Assembly (NCBI GenBank): GCA_964407105.1
Contig: CAYOUG010000001.1
Location: 230,273 to 284,280, forward strand
Length of the DNA: 54,008 nt
DNA from: an uncultured Candidatus Saccharibacteria bacterium
GTDB taxonomy: Bacteria; Patescibacteriota; Minisyncoccia; Phycocordibacterales; CALRHW01
Direction of reading: 5' to 3'
Positions 26,601 through 36,554 of the stretch are shown in pieces (the stretch's first letter is position 1; each line of letters begins with the position of its first letter). The position numbers and the translations under genes were made by a program. The notes below the pieces were generated by a model. It had not been told where the DNA came from, made no database searches, and saw only the letters and a program-made list of their open reading frames with translations.

Positions 26601-27219
26601 TGCTAAATATATGGCGCCGTTTGCACCATTTTTTGCTGAAGAACTTTATCGAAAGATGAATGGTGAGAAAGAAAGTGTACATCTTGATGCTTGGCCAGAA
26701 GTAAATGTGCAAGCTGTGGGCGATGTAATGATTCTTGAAGATATGAAAGAAGTGCGCGAACTTTCGAGTCGTGGACTTGAACTTCGCAATACTGCCGGCA
26801 TAAAAGTGCGTCAACCTCTTTCAAAATTTACAATTAAAAGTGCGCGTCTAGAAGGCCGAAATGATCTACTTTCTCTTGTTGCAGAAGAGTTGAATGTTAA
26901 AGAGGTAGTATTTGATGCTTCACTTGAAAATGAAGCACAACTCGACACCACTCTTACTGAAGCACTTAAAACAGAAGGACGATATCGTGAGGTTGTGCGA
27001 GCGGTACAGGATTTGCGCAAAAAAACAGGTTTAGAACCTCATGATTCTGCTAGGCTTCTAGTGAAAACCAACGCCGAAGGTAAATCATTAATTGAGCAAT
27101 ACAAAAAAGATCTTTCTTCAACATCTCTTCTAAAAGAAATTGTGTATCAAGAAGTAGGGGGGGATACATTTTCTGTTGATAATCTCTCGTTTGTATTTGT
27201 TGTTGAAAAAATAGTTTAA
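23674..27219 (+). CDS. ileS: Isoleucine--tRNA ligase (type 2) with inserted histidine-phosphatase domain
   Basis: EGPPTANGKPGIHH, GWDTQGLPVE, AWTTTPWTLPGN, DWAISRERYWGTP, DQTRGWF, KMSKS; extra RHG...GHGG domain ~25231-25830. Confidence 0.96.
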   Translation: MNEPEKKPVSKSPSAQIEEKILASWKENDIFKKTLEKEAPQGDFVFYEGPPTANGKPGIHHLEARAFKDIIPRYKTMRGFHVTRKGGWDTQGLPVELQVEKKLGLKSKKEIEAYGVEKFNAQCKESVWEYVDLWKQFTDRIGYWIDQENPYVTYEKTYMESVWNILKTVSEQKVGGVLGVGGKPMLYKDYKVVPWCPRCGTALSSHELAQGYEDVKDLSVYVKFKLKNPTEIGLSGDAYFLAWTTTPWTLPGNVGLAVGEDTSYVFVEHESQIYILAESLLQKIFNEKDFKNIKTVLGKDLVGLQYEPLFPYLVQKFGDKNPEAFAQAYKVYPADFVTTTDGTGIVHTAVMYGQEDFELGTKVGLPKFHLVREDGHFIDDMDFLSGRFVKEKNQDGKPTLDVDIISDLKTRNLFFAQENIKHTYPHCWRCKTPLIYYARDSWYIRMSALRDKLVAENEKINWEPGHIKEGRFGEWLREAKDWAISRERYWGTPLPIWTNEEGKMIVIGSVSDLKTHIPKRNNFILVRHGQSESNVQGVINCNVHTKDSLTSDGLTQAQKAGKILVKEKIDVIITSPFARAQETAKIIAQEIGFSGDIISDDRIGELQVGAWNEKTWSEYETQFKNLKERFTKHPHAEKSEGGVVENWEDARRRVAEFMYDIDAQFEGKNILLVGHGGTLNLIALSSLGYSVEEIAFHYYDNSFSNAEVRKIDWRALPHNALYEIDLHKPFIDSVELVDEAGNKLTRVKEVLDVWFDSGAMPFAQNHFPFSKNTMQYPADFISEAVDQTRGWFYTLLAIGVLMEKGSAYKNVICLGHILDAQGKKMSKSLGNIVDPWIMIDKYGVDALRLWMYGVNRPGDSKNFDEQTVDEIVKKVFNPLSNIFSFYEMYADKSVTSRRDSTHVLDRWILARLDELILQGTRHLDEFQVFEASRSIRDFIGDFSTWYIRRSRDRFKSDDIADKKASLNTTHFVLLSLAKYMAPFAPFFAEELYRKMNGEKESVHLDAWPEVNVQAVGDVMILEDMKEVRELSSRGLELRNTAGIKVRQPLSKFTIKSARLEGRNDLLSLVAEELNVKEVVFDASLENEAQLDTTLTEALKTEGRYREVVRAVQDLRKKTGLEPHDSARLLVKTNAEGKSLIEQYKKDLSSTSLLKEIVYQEVGGDTFSVDNLSFVFVVEKIV

Positions 27220-27238
27220 TTTTTGTTCATGTGTTTTT

Positions 27239-27832
27239 ATGTCTCATCATATTTATACGACAGAAGCTTTTGTGATTGATAGTACACCCTTTGGCGAGGC
27301 AAATTCATTTATACATTTATTTACACGCAATTTAGGATTTATCTCTGCGAGCGCACGAAGTGTGCGGGTGGTGAAATCAAAATTGCGCTATGGTTTACAA
27401 GACTTCTCACATTCAACGGTTGCTCTTGTTCGTGGAAAATATGAATGGAAAATTACAAATGTTGTACCGCACGATAATGTGTACTATACAAACAAAAATG
27501 ATCACAACGTGCTTGCTGTTTGTACACACGCACTAGCCCTTATTAAAAAACTTGTGGTTGGAGAAGAAAAAAATGAAATACTTTTTGATATTATTTTAAA
27601 CGCCTTTTCTTTTTTGCAATCACATACACTTACTTCTAAAGAACTTTTTAATGCTGAATGCATATTAATGCTTCGTCTTATCGAAAATCTTGGCTATTTA
27701 CGTGCTGATATTTTGCTTAAACAGTTTACAAAAGACACACACTGGAATATTGAACTTATAACTGATATGGCGCAACACCAAAGACATGCAGTTGTAGAAA
27801 TTAACAATGCTATAAAAGAAAGTCAGTTATAG
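27239..27832 (+). CDS. recO: DNA repair protein RecO-like
   Basis: N-terminal OB (EANSFIHLFTRNLGFISASARSVRVVKSKLR) plus helical C-terminus. Confidence 0.8.
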   Translation: MSHHIYTTEAFVIDSTPFGEANSFIHLFTRNLGFISASARSVRVVKSKLRYGLQDFSHSTVALVRGKYEWKITNVVPHDNVYYTNKNDHNVLAVCTHALALIKKLVVGEEKNEILFDIILNAFSFLQSHTLTSKELFNAECILMLRLIENLGYLRADILLKQFTKDTHWNIELITDMAQHQRHAVVEINNAIKESQL

Positions 27833-27858
27833 CTCACGTTTGTGGTATACTTTTTCAT

Positions 27859-29811
27859 ATGGCTTTTTCTCATGAAGAGGGGAATATAGACCGAGCAGAG
27901 CGTGATTTGTATTCGCGTAATGCACCACCACGTACTGAACCACCCCGCAGTACGTTTACACCACATTCTTATAATGTTTCAAATGAACCCAAACAAGATC
28001 CATTTTCGAACGCTCTTAAACGTGAATTAGAACCAGAGGAGCATATTCCAAAACAGCCGTGGGGATTTTTTAAGAAGTTTTTTATTGGATCGATTATATT
28101 TTTTTCACTAGCGGTGATTTTGTTTGTGTATATGTCATTTGGAGGTTTCAATACTGTCTCATCAAAAAATGTAGATATTTCAGTGCGCGGTCCTGTGGCG
28201 GTGGGTGGTGGTGAAGAACTCATTTTAGATATAATCGTAACAAACAACAATAGTGTATCTCTCGAAGGTGCGGAGCTTTCGATTGAATATCCAAGCGGTA
28301 CACGCGAAGCATCAGATCTAAATATAGAGCTTGTTCGTCAAAAAGTATCGATTGGAGATATTGGTGAAAAAGAAAGTGTTACCAAAACAGTAAAAGCTGT
28401 GCTTTTTGGTGAAAAAAATAGTATTAAAAATATTAAAGTAACTATAGATTACAAAGCGAAAGGTGCAAACGCAAAATTTTCAAAAGAGAAAAATTATGAA
28501 ATTGCTATAAAATCCTCGCCAATACTTTTATCTGTAGAATATCCGAAAGAGGTTAATAGTAATCAACCGATGGATTTTAAGGTAACCGTTGTTTCAAATT
28601 CAAATACCGTCACCCAAAATGTACTTTTGCGTATTGATTATCCTTTTGGTTTTAGTTTTAATAATGCGACGCCAAAACCATCTTTCGATAATAATGTGTG
28701 GAGCATTGGAGACCTTAATCCAAAAGAAATTCGTACTATAAGTATTGCTGGAAAAATGGAAGGACAAAATGATGAAGAAAAAACATTCAGATTTACTGCT
28801 GGTACATCTGATCTTAATGATGAAAAAGTTGTTGGAGTAGATTTTATTTCAATTGCAGAATCCGTGGCTATTCGTAAGCCTTTTTTTGATATAAAACTTT
28901 CATTAGAGGGGGATAGTAGTAAAGATCCAATTTCTTCAAAAATAGGTCAGGTTATCGACGGAAAACTTACCTGGACAAACAATTTAGCTACAAGTATAAA
29001 TGACGTTGTGGTAGAAGTAACGCTCAGTGGAAATGCATTAAATCGTGATGAGGTTTCAGCAAGTCAGCAAGGATTTTATCAATCAGTAAATAATAGAATT
29101 ACTTGGGATAAACGCGTATTTCCTAAATTTTCTCAGGTAGACCCCGGTCAAACAGGTGATCTTGATTTTCAATTTGAAACACTTAAGCCGACATCACAAG
29201 TTTTAGCTGCATTACGAAATCCAAAAGTTGGTTTGGATGTTCTTATCACAGGTATTCGTTTTTCTGAAACACAACCTCCAGAAAAAATTTCTTATGCTTT
29301 TTCTCGTGAACTTAAAGTAAATACTGAAACAATATTTAATCCGCGTATGATATATTCTACCGGTCCCTTTGATAATACTGGGCCAATTCCACCAAAAGCT
29401 GAAAAGACAACAACCTATACTGTCTTTTGGACAATAAGTAATTCTTTTAATGATATTGGCAATACAACTATCACAGCAGCCCTTCCTCCAAACGTGAAAT
29501 GGGTTGGTACAAAAAGTCCTCTTACTGAAAAAATAATGTACAACGAAGCTAGTAACAAAGTAATTTGGGAACCTGGAGAAATAAAGGCTGGTGTCGGGTT
29601 TACGGGTTCTCCTCGTGAGGTGGCATTTCAAGTTTCTTTTTTACCATCCCTTGGTCAGGTGGGAGATACACCAGATATTATTGAAGCTATGATATTTACA
29701 GCCCTAGATCGATTTACAGGTAAGGAAATAACAATCAACAAACCCGCTCTTAATACACGCATCAGTACTGATCCAGAATTCAATTTTGGAGATGATGTGG
29801 TTGTAAAGTAA
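27859..29811 (+). CDS. Large membrane-anchored protein with tandem Ig-like/DUF11-like domains
   Basis: One TM at ~aa 73-95 then repeated beta-rich units (e.g. VLLRIDYPFGFSF...WSIGDL; ITAALPPNVKW...WEPGEI). Confidence 0.7.
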   Translation: MAFSHEEGNIDRAERDLYSRNAPPRTEPPRSTFTPHSYNVSNEPKQDPFSNALKRELEPEEHIPKQPWGFFKKFFIGSIIFFSLAVILFVYMSFGGFNTVSSKNVDISVRGPVAVGGGEELILDIIVTNNNSVSLEGAELSIEYPSGTREASDLNIELVRQKVSIGDIGEKESVTKTVKAVLFGEKNSIKNIKVTIDYKAKGANAKFSKEKNYEIAIKSSPILLSVEYPKEVNSNQPMDFKVTVVSNSNTVTQNVLLRIDYPFGFSFNNATPKPSFDNNVWSIGDLNPKEIRTISIAGKMEGQNDEEKTFRFTAGTSDLNDEKVVGVDFISIAESVAIRKPFFDIKLSLEGDSSKDPISSKIGQVIDGKLTWTNNLATSINDVVVEVTLSGNALNRDEVSASQQGFYQSVNNRITWDKRVFPKFSQVDPGQTGDLDFQFETLKPTSQVLAALRNPKVGLDVLITGIRFSETQPPEKISYAFSRELKVNTETIFNPRMIYSTGPFDNTGPIPPKAEKTTTYTVFWTISNSFNDIGNTTITAALPPNVKWVGTKSPLTEKIMYNEASNKVIWEPGEIKAGVGFTGSPREVAFQVSFLPSLGQVGDTPDIIEAMIFTALDRFTGKEITINKPALNTRISTDPEFNFGDDVVVK

Positions 29812-29835
29812 ACAGAAGCACAGTAAAGTAAAGCA

Positions 29836-31143
29836 ATGAAAAAAGGTGAAAATGACACAATGGAGAAAATAGTATCGCTTTGTAAAAGACGTGGTTTTAT
29901 ATACCAAGGTTCTGAAATATATGGTGGTCTTGCTGGTACGTGGGATTATGGTCCGCTTGGTGTGGCACTTAAAAATAATATTAAAAATCTTTGGTGGAAG
30001 AAATTTGTAACTGACCGTATCGATATGTATGGTGTAGACACAGCTCTTCTTATGAATCAGGCTGTATGGAAAGCGAGTGGTCATGTGGGTGGTTTTTCTG
30101 ATCCACTTATTGAGTGTAAAAAATGTAAAAAACGTTTTCGCACAGATCATCTTGAAGATAAAAAGAAATGTCCTGAATGTGGCGGTGAGCTTGGAGAGGA
30201 GCGTCAATTTAACATGATGTTTAAAACTCAGGTGGGTGCGACTGAAGACGAAAGCTCGGTATCTTATTTTCGTCCAGAAACAGCACAGGGTATGTTTGTA
30301 AATTTTAAAAATGTACTTGATTCTTTCCATCCAAAACTTCCTTTCGGTTTAGCACAAATAGGAAAGGCGTTTCGAAATGAAATCGCTCCACGTGATTTTA
30401 TTTTTCGTGCACGCGAGTTTGAACTAATGGAAATAGAATATTTCGTGCGCGAAAAAGATTGGGAAATGGAGTTTGAGTATTGGCGAAAAGAAATGCTTGA
30501 ATGGATTAAACTTATGGGTCTTTCAGAAAACAAGGTCCATGAGCTTGAAGTGGAAACAAAAGATCTTGCTCATTATTCAAAACGAACGATTGATTTTGAA
30601 TATGAATTTCCTTTTGGCAAAAAAGAGCTTTACGGTCTTGCTTATCGTACGGATTTTGATTTGCAAAAACACACTTCTGCAAGCGGCGTAGATATTACAT
30701 ATTTTGACGAAGAAACAAAAGAACATTTTACACCACACGTAATAGAACCAACTTTTGGAATTGAACGCACAGTGCTTGCCGTAATTGCTGAAGCGTATAC
30801 AGAAGATGAAATGGGTGGGGAATTGAGAACATATCTTAAACTTCCATCACATCTTGCACCAATAAAAATTGCCGTTTTCCCACTTCTTAAAAATAAGCCA
30901 CAGCTTGTAGAAAAAGCGAAAGAGGTTTTTGTGGCATTGAAGAAAAAATATGAAAATGTTGTGTTTGATGATAATGGAAATATTGGTAAAAGATATCGAA
31001 GACAAGATGAGATAGGTACACCGTTTTGCGTTACTGTTGATTTTGATACTCTTGAAGATGACACGGTGACTGTGCGAAATAGAGATACGGGGGAGCAGGA
31101 GCGGGTAGCGGTTGCGGATTTATTAAAAACACTTGTAATATAA
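29836..31143 (+). CDS. glyQS: Glycine--tRNA ligase (homodimeric GlyRS-1)
   Basis: EIYGGLAGTWDYGPLG, RPETAQG, GKAFRNEI, RTDFDL, IGKRYRRQDEIGTPFC. Confidence 0.97.
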   Translation: MKKGENDTMEKIVSLCKRRGFIYQGSEIYGGLAGTWDYGPLGVALKNNIKNLWWKKFVTDRIDMYGVDTALLMNQAVWKASGHVGGFSDPLIECKKCKKRFRTDHLEDKKKCPECGGELGEERQFNMMFKTQVGATEDESSVSYFRPETAQGMFVNFKNVLDSFHPKLPFGLAQIGKAFRNEIAPRDFIFRAREFELMEIEYFVREKDWEMEFEYWRKEMLEWIKLMGLSENKVHELEVETKDLAHYSKRTIDFEYEFPFGKKELYGLAYRTDFDLQKHTSASGVDITYFDEETKEHFTPHVIEPTFGIERTVLAVIAEAYTEDEMGGELRTYLKLPSHLAPIKIAVFPLLKNKPQLVEKAKEVFVALKKKYENVVFDDNGNIGKRYRRQDEIGTPFCVTVDFDTLEDDTVTVRNRDTGEQERVAVADLLKTLVI

Positions 31144-31256
31144 AAACATTTGAAATTTGTCTTTCGGAGGGGGTCTCGAGCGCGACGGCGCGAGAGCTTC
31201 AGGATTTTTTAAGCTTCAAAAAATCCGTACCCGGAGAAAGACAAATTTCAAATGTT
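31144..31256 (+). repeat. Palindromic dispersed element, copy 2 (64-bp core in 20-bp IR)
   Basis: AAACATTTGAAATTTGTCTT [core 31169-31232] AAGACAAATTTCAAATGTTT. Confidence 0.95.
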
Positions 31257-31267
31257 TCTCAAAATAC

Positions 31268-32533
31268 ATGAACTTCAAACGAACAATTCTTGAAAACGGT
31301 TTGCGTGTTATTACTGCACCAGTAAAAGACAGTCCGGCCGTAACGGTGCTTGTAATGGTAGAGGCTGGATCAAAATATGAGACCAAAGATATCAGTGGAC
31401 TTTCACATTTTCTTGAACATATGTGTTTTAAAGGCACAACAAAGCGTCCTCATGCTATAGATATTAGTAGAGAACTTGACAGTATCGGTGCGCATTACAA
31501 CGCTTTTACTTCTCAAGAATACACTGGCTATTATGCAAAAGTTCACCCCCAACACATCGACAAAGCTCTCGATGTTATTTCGGACATGTATCTTAATCCC
31601 ATCTTTGATGAAAAGGAAATTGAAAAAGAAAAGGGTGTGATTATTGAAGAAATAAATATGTACGAAGATATGCCACATCGACATGTGCAAGATGTTTTTA
31701 CAGAACTTCTTTATGGTGATCAGCCGGCGGGATGGAACGTTGCTGGTACAAAAGATGTTGTTGCGTCAATGACGCGTCAACATTTTATTGATTATCGAGC
31801 TAAACACTATGTGGCCAATGGAACGATTGTTATTGTTGCTGGAAATATTGATGAAAAAACGGTGATTGAAAAAGTGGGTAAACTTTTTACTGTAGATGCA
31901 GGAGAAAAACACGGAAAAATTTCTGTGAAAGAAGAGCAGGGTGCGCCACGTATTTACGCTAAACAAAAAAAGACTGATCAGGTTCATCTTGTACTGGGTG
32001 TTCGTGCGTTTGATGTGCATCACCCTGATTCTGCAACACTGCGCGTACTCAATGCTGTGCTTGGTGGGGGAATGAGTTCGCGTCTTTTTCAAAAACTTCG
32101 CGATGAAATGGGTGTTGGATATTATGTGCGTTCTGGTGTAGATGAGCTTACTGATCACGGTGTGCTTGCGGTGTCTACTGGTGTAGATACCAAGCGTGTG
32201 AGCGAGGTGGTGGTGGCGATTATTGATGAATTTAAAAAACTTCGCGATGTACCCGTAACCGATTCAGAACTTCAAAAAGCAAAAGATTATCTTACTGGAA
32301 GTTTATATCTTGAACTTGAAACATCTGATGCTCTTGCTGGATTTTATGGTGCACAAGATGTGTTGCGAGAGAAAAAAATAAAAACACCAGACGAACTTTC
32401 ATTGAGTATCCAAAAAGTTACGTCCGAAGACGTACAGCGTGTTTCGAGACAGATTTTTGTAAACAAAGGATTAAATCTAGCCCTTGTGGGTTTGTGTAAT
32501 GAGGAAGAATTGCAAAAGGTTCTAAAATTATAA
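31268..32533 (+). CDS. M16 family (pitrilysin-like) zinc peptidase
   Basis: HFLEHMCFKG inverted HxxEH, NAFTSQEYTGY, LGGGMSSRLF; start re-set to ATG 31268. Confidence 0.95.
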   Translation: MNFKRTILENGLRVITAPVKDSPAVTVLVMVEAGSKYETKDISGLSHFLEHMCFKGTTKRPHAIDISRELDSIGAHYNAFTSQEYTGYYAKVHPQHIDKALDVISDMYLNPIFDEKEIEKEKGVIIEEINMYEDMPHRHVQDVFTELLYGDQPAGWNVAGTKDVVASMTRQHFIDYRAKHYVANGTIVIVAGNIDEKTVIEKVGKLFTVDAGEKHGKISVKEEQGAPRIYAKQKKTDQVHLVLGVRAFDVHHPDSATLRVLNAVLGGGMSSRLFQKLRDEMGVGYYVRSGVDELTDHGVLAVSTGVDTKRVSEVVVAIIDEFKKLRDVPVTDSELQKAKDYLTGSLYLELETSDALAGFYGAQDVLREKKIKTPDELSLSIQKVTSEDVQRVSRQIFVNKGLNLALVGLCNEEELQKVLKL

Positions 32534-32572
32534 TTGGTTTTTGTTCGATAGATTTAGTGGTATCATAGACGT

Positions 32573-33640
32573 ATGGCAAAAGAGCGTGAAGCTATGACAC
32601 TTCATATAAGTACAGGAAGTATCATTAAAACGATCGTTATTATTCTATTGTTTGTTGGTTTTTTTATTCTTCGTGATTTGATACTTGTAATATTGGCCGC
32701 TATTGTGGTTGCTTCTTCTATTGAACCAATTACCAAATGGTTTCTTGCTCGTCGTATTCCTCGTTTGCCGTCGGTCTTAATTGTTTATTTTTTTCTTGCT
32801 GTAATACTTGTCGGATCTTTCTATTTTCTTATTTTACCGCTTCTAAATGAAAGCTCGGGTTTTCTCGAGGATTTACCGGGTTATCTTGATCAAGGTTCAA
32901 GTTCAATTCAAAAAAATAAATTTATCCAATCAGAGCCACTTCTCAAAAGTATTTCAACCAATTTTTCGCTTGTAGATTTTGCTTCACAAGCAAACGCTGT
33001 GATTGCCAATTTTTCTGGTGGTTTTTGGAATACAGTAAGTACAGTTTCTGGTGGTTTGATAAGCTTTGTTCTGATTATTGTTTTATCTTTTTATCTTGCT
33101 GTACAAGACGATGGAGTAGGAAAATTTTTACGTATTATTAGTCCACGAAAACACGAAGAATACATAATTAATCTTTGGAAAAGGGTGGAGCTGAAAATTG
33201 GTTTGTGGATGCAGGGGCAACTTCTTCTTGCTGTAATTATTGCTGTTTTGGTATATCTCGGTCTTGCTCTTTTTGGTATTCGGCACGCACTTTTACTTGC
33301 CGTTTTGGCGGGTATTTTCGAGCTAATCCCGCTTTTTGGTCCAATTCTTGCCGCTGTACCAGCTGTTTTAGTTGGCTTTGTTGATGGAGGAATTACCACC
33401 GCACTTTTTGTTGCTGGTTTTTATCTCATTATTCAACAATTTGAAAACCAACTCATTTACCCACTAGTGGTAAAAAAAGTAGTTGGCGTTTCTCCAATTC
33501 TTGTTATTATAGCCCTTATTGCTGGAGCAAAACTTGCTGGTTTTCTTGGTTTATTGTTGTCGGTGCCTGTTGCGGCAGTGATAATGGAGTTTATAAACGA
33601 TCTTGAGCAACAGCGAATTCCAGAAAAAACAGATAAATAA
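32573..33640 (+). CDS. AI-2E family transporter
   Basis: Multi-TM; IPLFGP, QQFENQLIYP, GAKLAGFLGLLLSVP. Confidence 0.93.
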   Translation: MAKEREAMTLHISTGSIIKTIVIILLFVGFFILRDLILVILAAIVVASSIEPITKWFLARRIPRLPSVLIVYFFLAVILVGSFYFLILPLLNESSGFLEDLPGYLDQGSSSIQKNKFIQSEPLLKSISTNFSLVDFASQANAVIANFSGGFWNTVSTVSGGLISFVLIIVLSFYLAVQDDGVGKFLRIISPRKHEEYIINLWKRVELKIGLWMQGQLLLAVIIAVLVYLGLALFGIRHALLLAVLAGIFELIPLFGPILAAVPAVLVGFVDGGITTALFVAGFYLIIQQFENQLIYPLVVKKVVGVSPILVIIALIAGAKLAGFLGLLLSVPVAAVIMEFINDLEQQRIPEKTDK

Positions 33641-33646
33641 TTTGTT

Positions 33647-35125
33647 ATGAATACAGATGATCAAAATTCGCGTAAGAATATATACATTACGACAACACTT
33701 CCTTATGTAAATGCTGAACCGCATATTGGTTTTGCACTTGAAATAGTACATGCTGATATTTTTGCTCGATACAAAAAAATTCTCGGGCATGAAGTTTTTT
33801 TTAATACAGGTACAGATGAGCACGGGCTTAAGATTTATCGAAAAGCGCAGGAGCAGGGAATGAACACTCAAGAATATGTTGATGGATATGCAGAAAAATT
33901 TAAAGGTCTTGTGCCTGCGCTCGGTTTACTTCCTGATATTAATTTTATTCGCACAACAGATAAGCACCATATATCTTCAGCTCAGGCTTTTTGGAAAAAG
34001 TGTAATGATAATGGATATATTTATAAAAAAGCATATAGCATAAAATATTGTGTTGGTTGTGAACTTGAAAAAACAGACTCTGAGCTTGTGAATGATAAAT
34101 GTCCGATTCATCCAAATCTCGATCTAGAATTTATTGAAGAAGAAAATTATTTTTTTAAGTTTAGTGCATTTGGTGATAAACTTATCGCGCTTTATGAAAA
34201 CAGAGATGGTAAACATCCAAACTTTGTAGTGCCCGAATCTCGTTTCAATGAAATTAAAGCATTTGTGGAGCGTGGTCTAGAAGATTTTAGTATTTCACGT
34301 TTAGCTTCAAAAATGCCGTGGGGAGTGCCGGTGCCAGATGATGATACTCAAGTAATGTATGTGTGGTTTGATGCGCTTGTAAACTATGTTTCTGCTATAG
34401 GTTGGCCAAGCGACATGCAGAAGTTTGAGAAATATTGGCCAGTAATTCAATTTGCAGGTAAAGATAATCTTCGTCAACAATCTGCAATGTGGCAAGCAAT
34501 GCTTATAGCTGCGGATGTTGAACCGTCAAAGCAAATTGTTATTCATGGTTTTATCACAAGCGGCGGACAAAAAATGAGTAAATCGCTTGGCAATGTGATT
34601 AATCCGTACGATATTGTGACAGAATATGGCACTGACGCATTACGATATTTTCTTATTCGAGAAGCACATTCATTTGAAGATAGTGATTTTACTATGGAGC
34701 GTTTTAAGGAAAGTTATAATGCGAATCTCGCCAACGGCATCGGCAATTTAACGAGTCGTATTATGAAAATGGCGGAAACACATTTGTTGATGCCGGTTGC
34801 GTTAGAAGAAATTCCACCGGGATTTATGGCGGGTGCGCACGAAGATTTTTATTTGCACCTTGAACAGTTTGAAATTCAAAAAGCTGCAAATGTTGTGTGG
34901 AAAAATATTGGCGAGCTCGATACATTTATTCAGGAGACTGAACCATTTAAGCTTGTAAAAGTAGATAAAGAAAAAGCGTTGCCGATAATCGAAAGAATGG
35001 TGAAACAACTATACAGCATCGCCTGCATGCTTGATCCGATTATTCCTGAAACAGCAGAGAAAATAAAAAATGCAGTGAAAGCAAACAAAATGCCGGAGTC
35101 ACCACTTTTTGCTCGAAAAGATTAA
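33647..35125 (+). CDS. metG: Methionine--tRNA ligase (short form, no C-terminal OB domain)
   Basis: YVNAEPHIG, GTDEHG, YVWFDALVNY, KMSKS, LANGIGNL. Confidence 0.97.
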   Translation: MNTDDQNSRKNIYITTTLPYVNAEPHIGFALEIVHADIFARYKKILGHEVFFNTGTDEHGLKIYRKAQEQGMNTQEYVDGYAEKFKGLVPALGLLPDINFIRTTDKHHISSAQAFWKKCNDNGYIYKKAYSIKYCVGCELEKTDSELVNDKCPIHPNLDLEFIEEENYFFKFSAFGDKLIALYENRDGKHPNFVVPESRFNEIKAFVERGLEDFSISRLASKMPWGVPVPDDDTQVMYVWFDALVNYVSAIGWPSDMQKFEKYWPVIQFAGKDNLRQQSAMWQAMLIAADVEPSKQIVIHGFITSGGQKMSKSLGNVINPYDIVTEYGTDALRYFLIREAHSFEDSDFTMERFKESYNANLANGIGNLTSRIMKMAETHLLMPVALEEIPPGFMAGAHEDFYLHLEQFEIQKAANVVWKNIGELDTFIQETEPFKLVKVDKEKALPIIERMVKQLYSIACMLDPIIPETAEKIKNAVKANKMPESPLFARKD

Positions 35126-35148
35126 TATTTTGTTTTGCAAAAAACATT

Positions 35149-35970
35149 ATGCCAGAATTTATAGATATTCACGCTCACGTCAATTTTGAAGCCTATCTAG
35201 CTGATCGTGATGAGGTAATAAAAAGAACACTGAAGGCAAATACGTGGATGATAAATGTGGGAACAGAGCAAAGCACATCGCTTTCTGCGGTAAAACTTGC
35301 TCATCAATATGAAAAAGGGGTGTATGCGATTGTGGGTCTTCACCCTGTGCACACCGCGCAATCATATTATGATAAATCAGAATTTTCTGAAGATAAAAAA
35401 GAATTTACCGAGCACGGTGAAAATTTTGATTATTATTTTTATAAAAAACTTACTGCTGATCCAAAAGTGGTGGCGATAGGCGAGTGTGGTTTAGATTATT
35501 TTCGTGCTGATGTAGACACCGTAACGCTACAAAAAGAAAATTTTGAAAAACAAATAATGTTGAGCAAAGAGACAGGCAAGCCACTTATGCTTCATGTCAG
35601 AAATGCATATAAAGACGCTCACGATATTTTAAAAAATCATTCTGGAGTGAGAGGAGACGTTCATTTTTTTGCGGGCACCATAGAAGAAGCAAAATTATTC
35701 CTTGATTTAGGTTTTACATTGTCGTTTACTGGGGTGATTACTTTTACCAAAGACTACGATGATGTTATCAAATACGTTCCACTTGATCGTATTTTGTCAG
35801 AAACAGACTGTCCATATGTTACCCCAGCCCCACATAGAGGCAAACGCAATGAACCATTATTTGTACAAGAGGTAGTCAAAAAAATAGCTGAAATAAAGGG
35901 TTTACCACTCGAAGAAGTTAAAAAAGCCTTAATTTACAACGCTTTTTCGCTCTTTGGGTTATCTGTTTGA
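35149..35970 (+). CDS. TatD family hydrolase
   Basis: IDIHAH, GLHP, IGECGLDY, LHVR, VHFF, SETDCPY. Confidence 0.96.
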   Translation: MPEFIDIHAHVNFEAYLADRDEVIKRTLKANTWMINVGTEQSTSLSAVKLAHQYEKGVYAIVGLHPVHTAQSYYDKSEFSEDKKEFTEHGENFDYYFYKKLTADPKVVAIGECGLDYFRADVDTVTLQKENFEKQIMLSKETGKPLMLHVRNAYKDAHDILKNHSGVRGDVHFFAGTIEEAKLFLDLGFTLSFTGVITFTKDYDDVIKYVPLDRILSETDCPYVTPAPHRGKRNEPLFVQEVVKKIAEIKGLPLEEVKKALIYNAFSLFGLSV

Positions 35971-36044
35971 TTTTAACTTTTCTTTAAGGATTCTTTAACC
36001 TATATATGTTGCAATATATGGGTATGTATGATAATCTTTGCGAC

Positions 36045-36548
36045 ATGTCTACAGAAGTAAAAGATACATATAGTGAAGCAAAAGAATCTCTTGTGATATA
36101 TGAGGTGGGCTATTTGCTCCTTCCTACGCTTCCTGAAGAAAAGCTCGAGGGTGTAATAGCAAAACTTAAGGCTGTGCTTGCTGATAAAAAAGCAATTATT
36201 ATTGACGAAGAAGCTCCAAAAATGCGCGCTCTTGCTTATATAATGGATAAAATAATTGAGACAAAGCGTCAAAAATTTGATCATGCATACTTTGGTTGGA
36301 TAAAGTTTGAGGTGGAAGCTTCAGAAATAGCATCTATTAAAAAGAATATTGAGGTGATCGATGAAATACTCAGATGTCTTTTTGTGAAGACGATTCGTGA
36401 AAATACGCTTATATCACAAAAAATACAACCCAAAGAAGAGGAAATAAAAATAGAAGGGGTTGCACCTGAAATAGTGGCAGAAGTTTTAGAGGTTAAAGCG
36501 GACACAGAAGATATTGATAAAAGCATCGACGCTCTCGTAATGAATTAA
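36045..36548 (+). CDS. rpsF: 30S ribosomal protein S6 with acidic C-terminal extension
   Basis: YEVGYLLLP, LAYIM, DEILRCL; upstream of ssb-rpsR. Confidence 0.9.
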   Translation: MSTEVKDTYSEAKESLVIYEVGYLLLPTLPEEKLEGVIAKLKAVLADKKAIIIDEEAPKMRALAYIMDKIIETKRQKFDHAYFGWIKFEVEASEIASIKKNIEVIDEILRCLFVKTIRENTLISQKIQPKEEEIKIEGVAPEIVAEVLEVKADTEDIDKSIDALVMN

Positions 36549-36554
36549 TAAATT

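Noticed and set aside
31157-31267. ORF-track N-terminal extension of the M16 peptidase (and ORF 13656..13868)
   Set aside because: They translate through the palindromic element; the peptidase homology starts at ATG 31268
6813-35970. Alternative genetic code (UGA=Gly) as in Gracilibacteria/Absconditabacteria
   Set aside because: Conserved genes translate full length in code 11 and UGA serves as a stop (e.g. TatD, ORF 6813)
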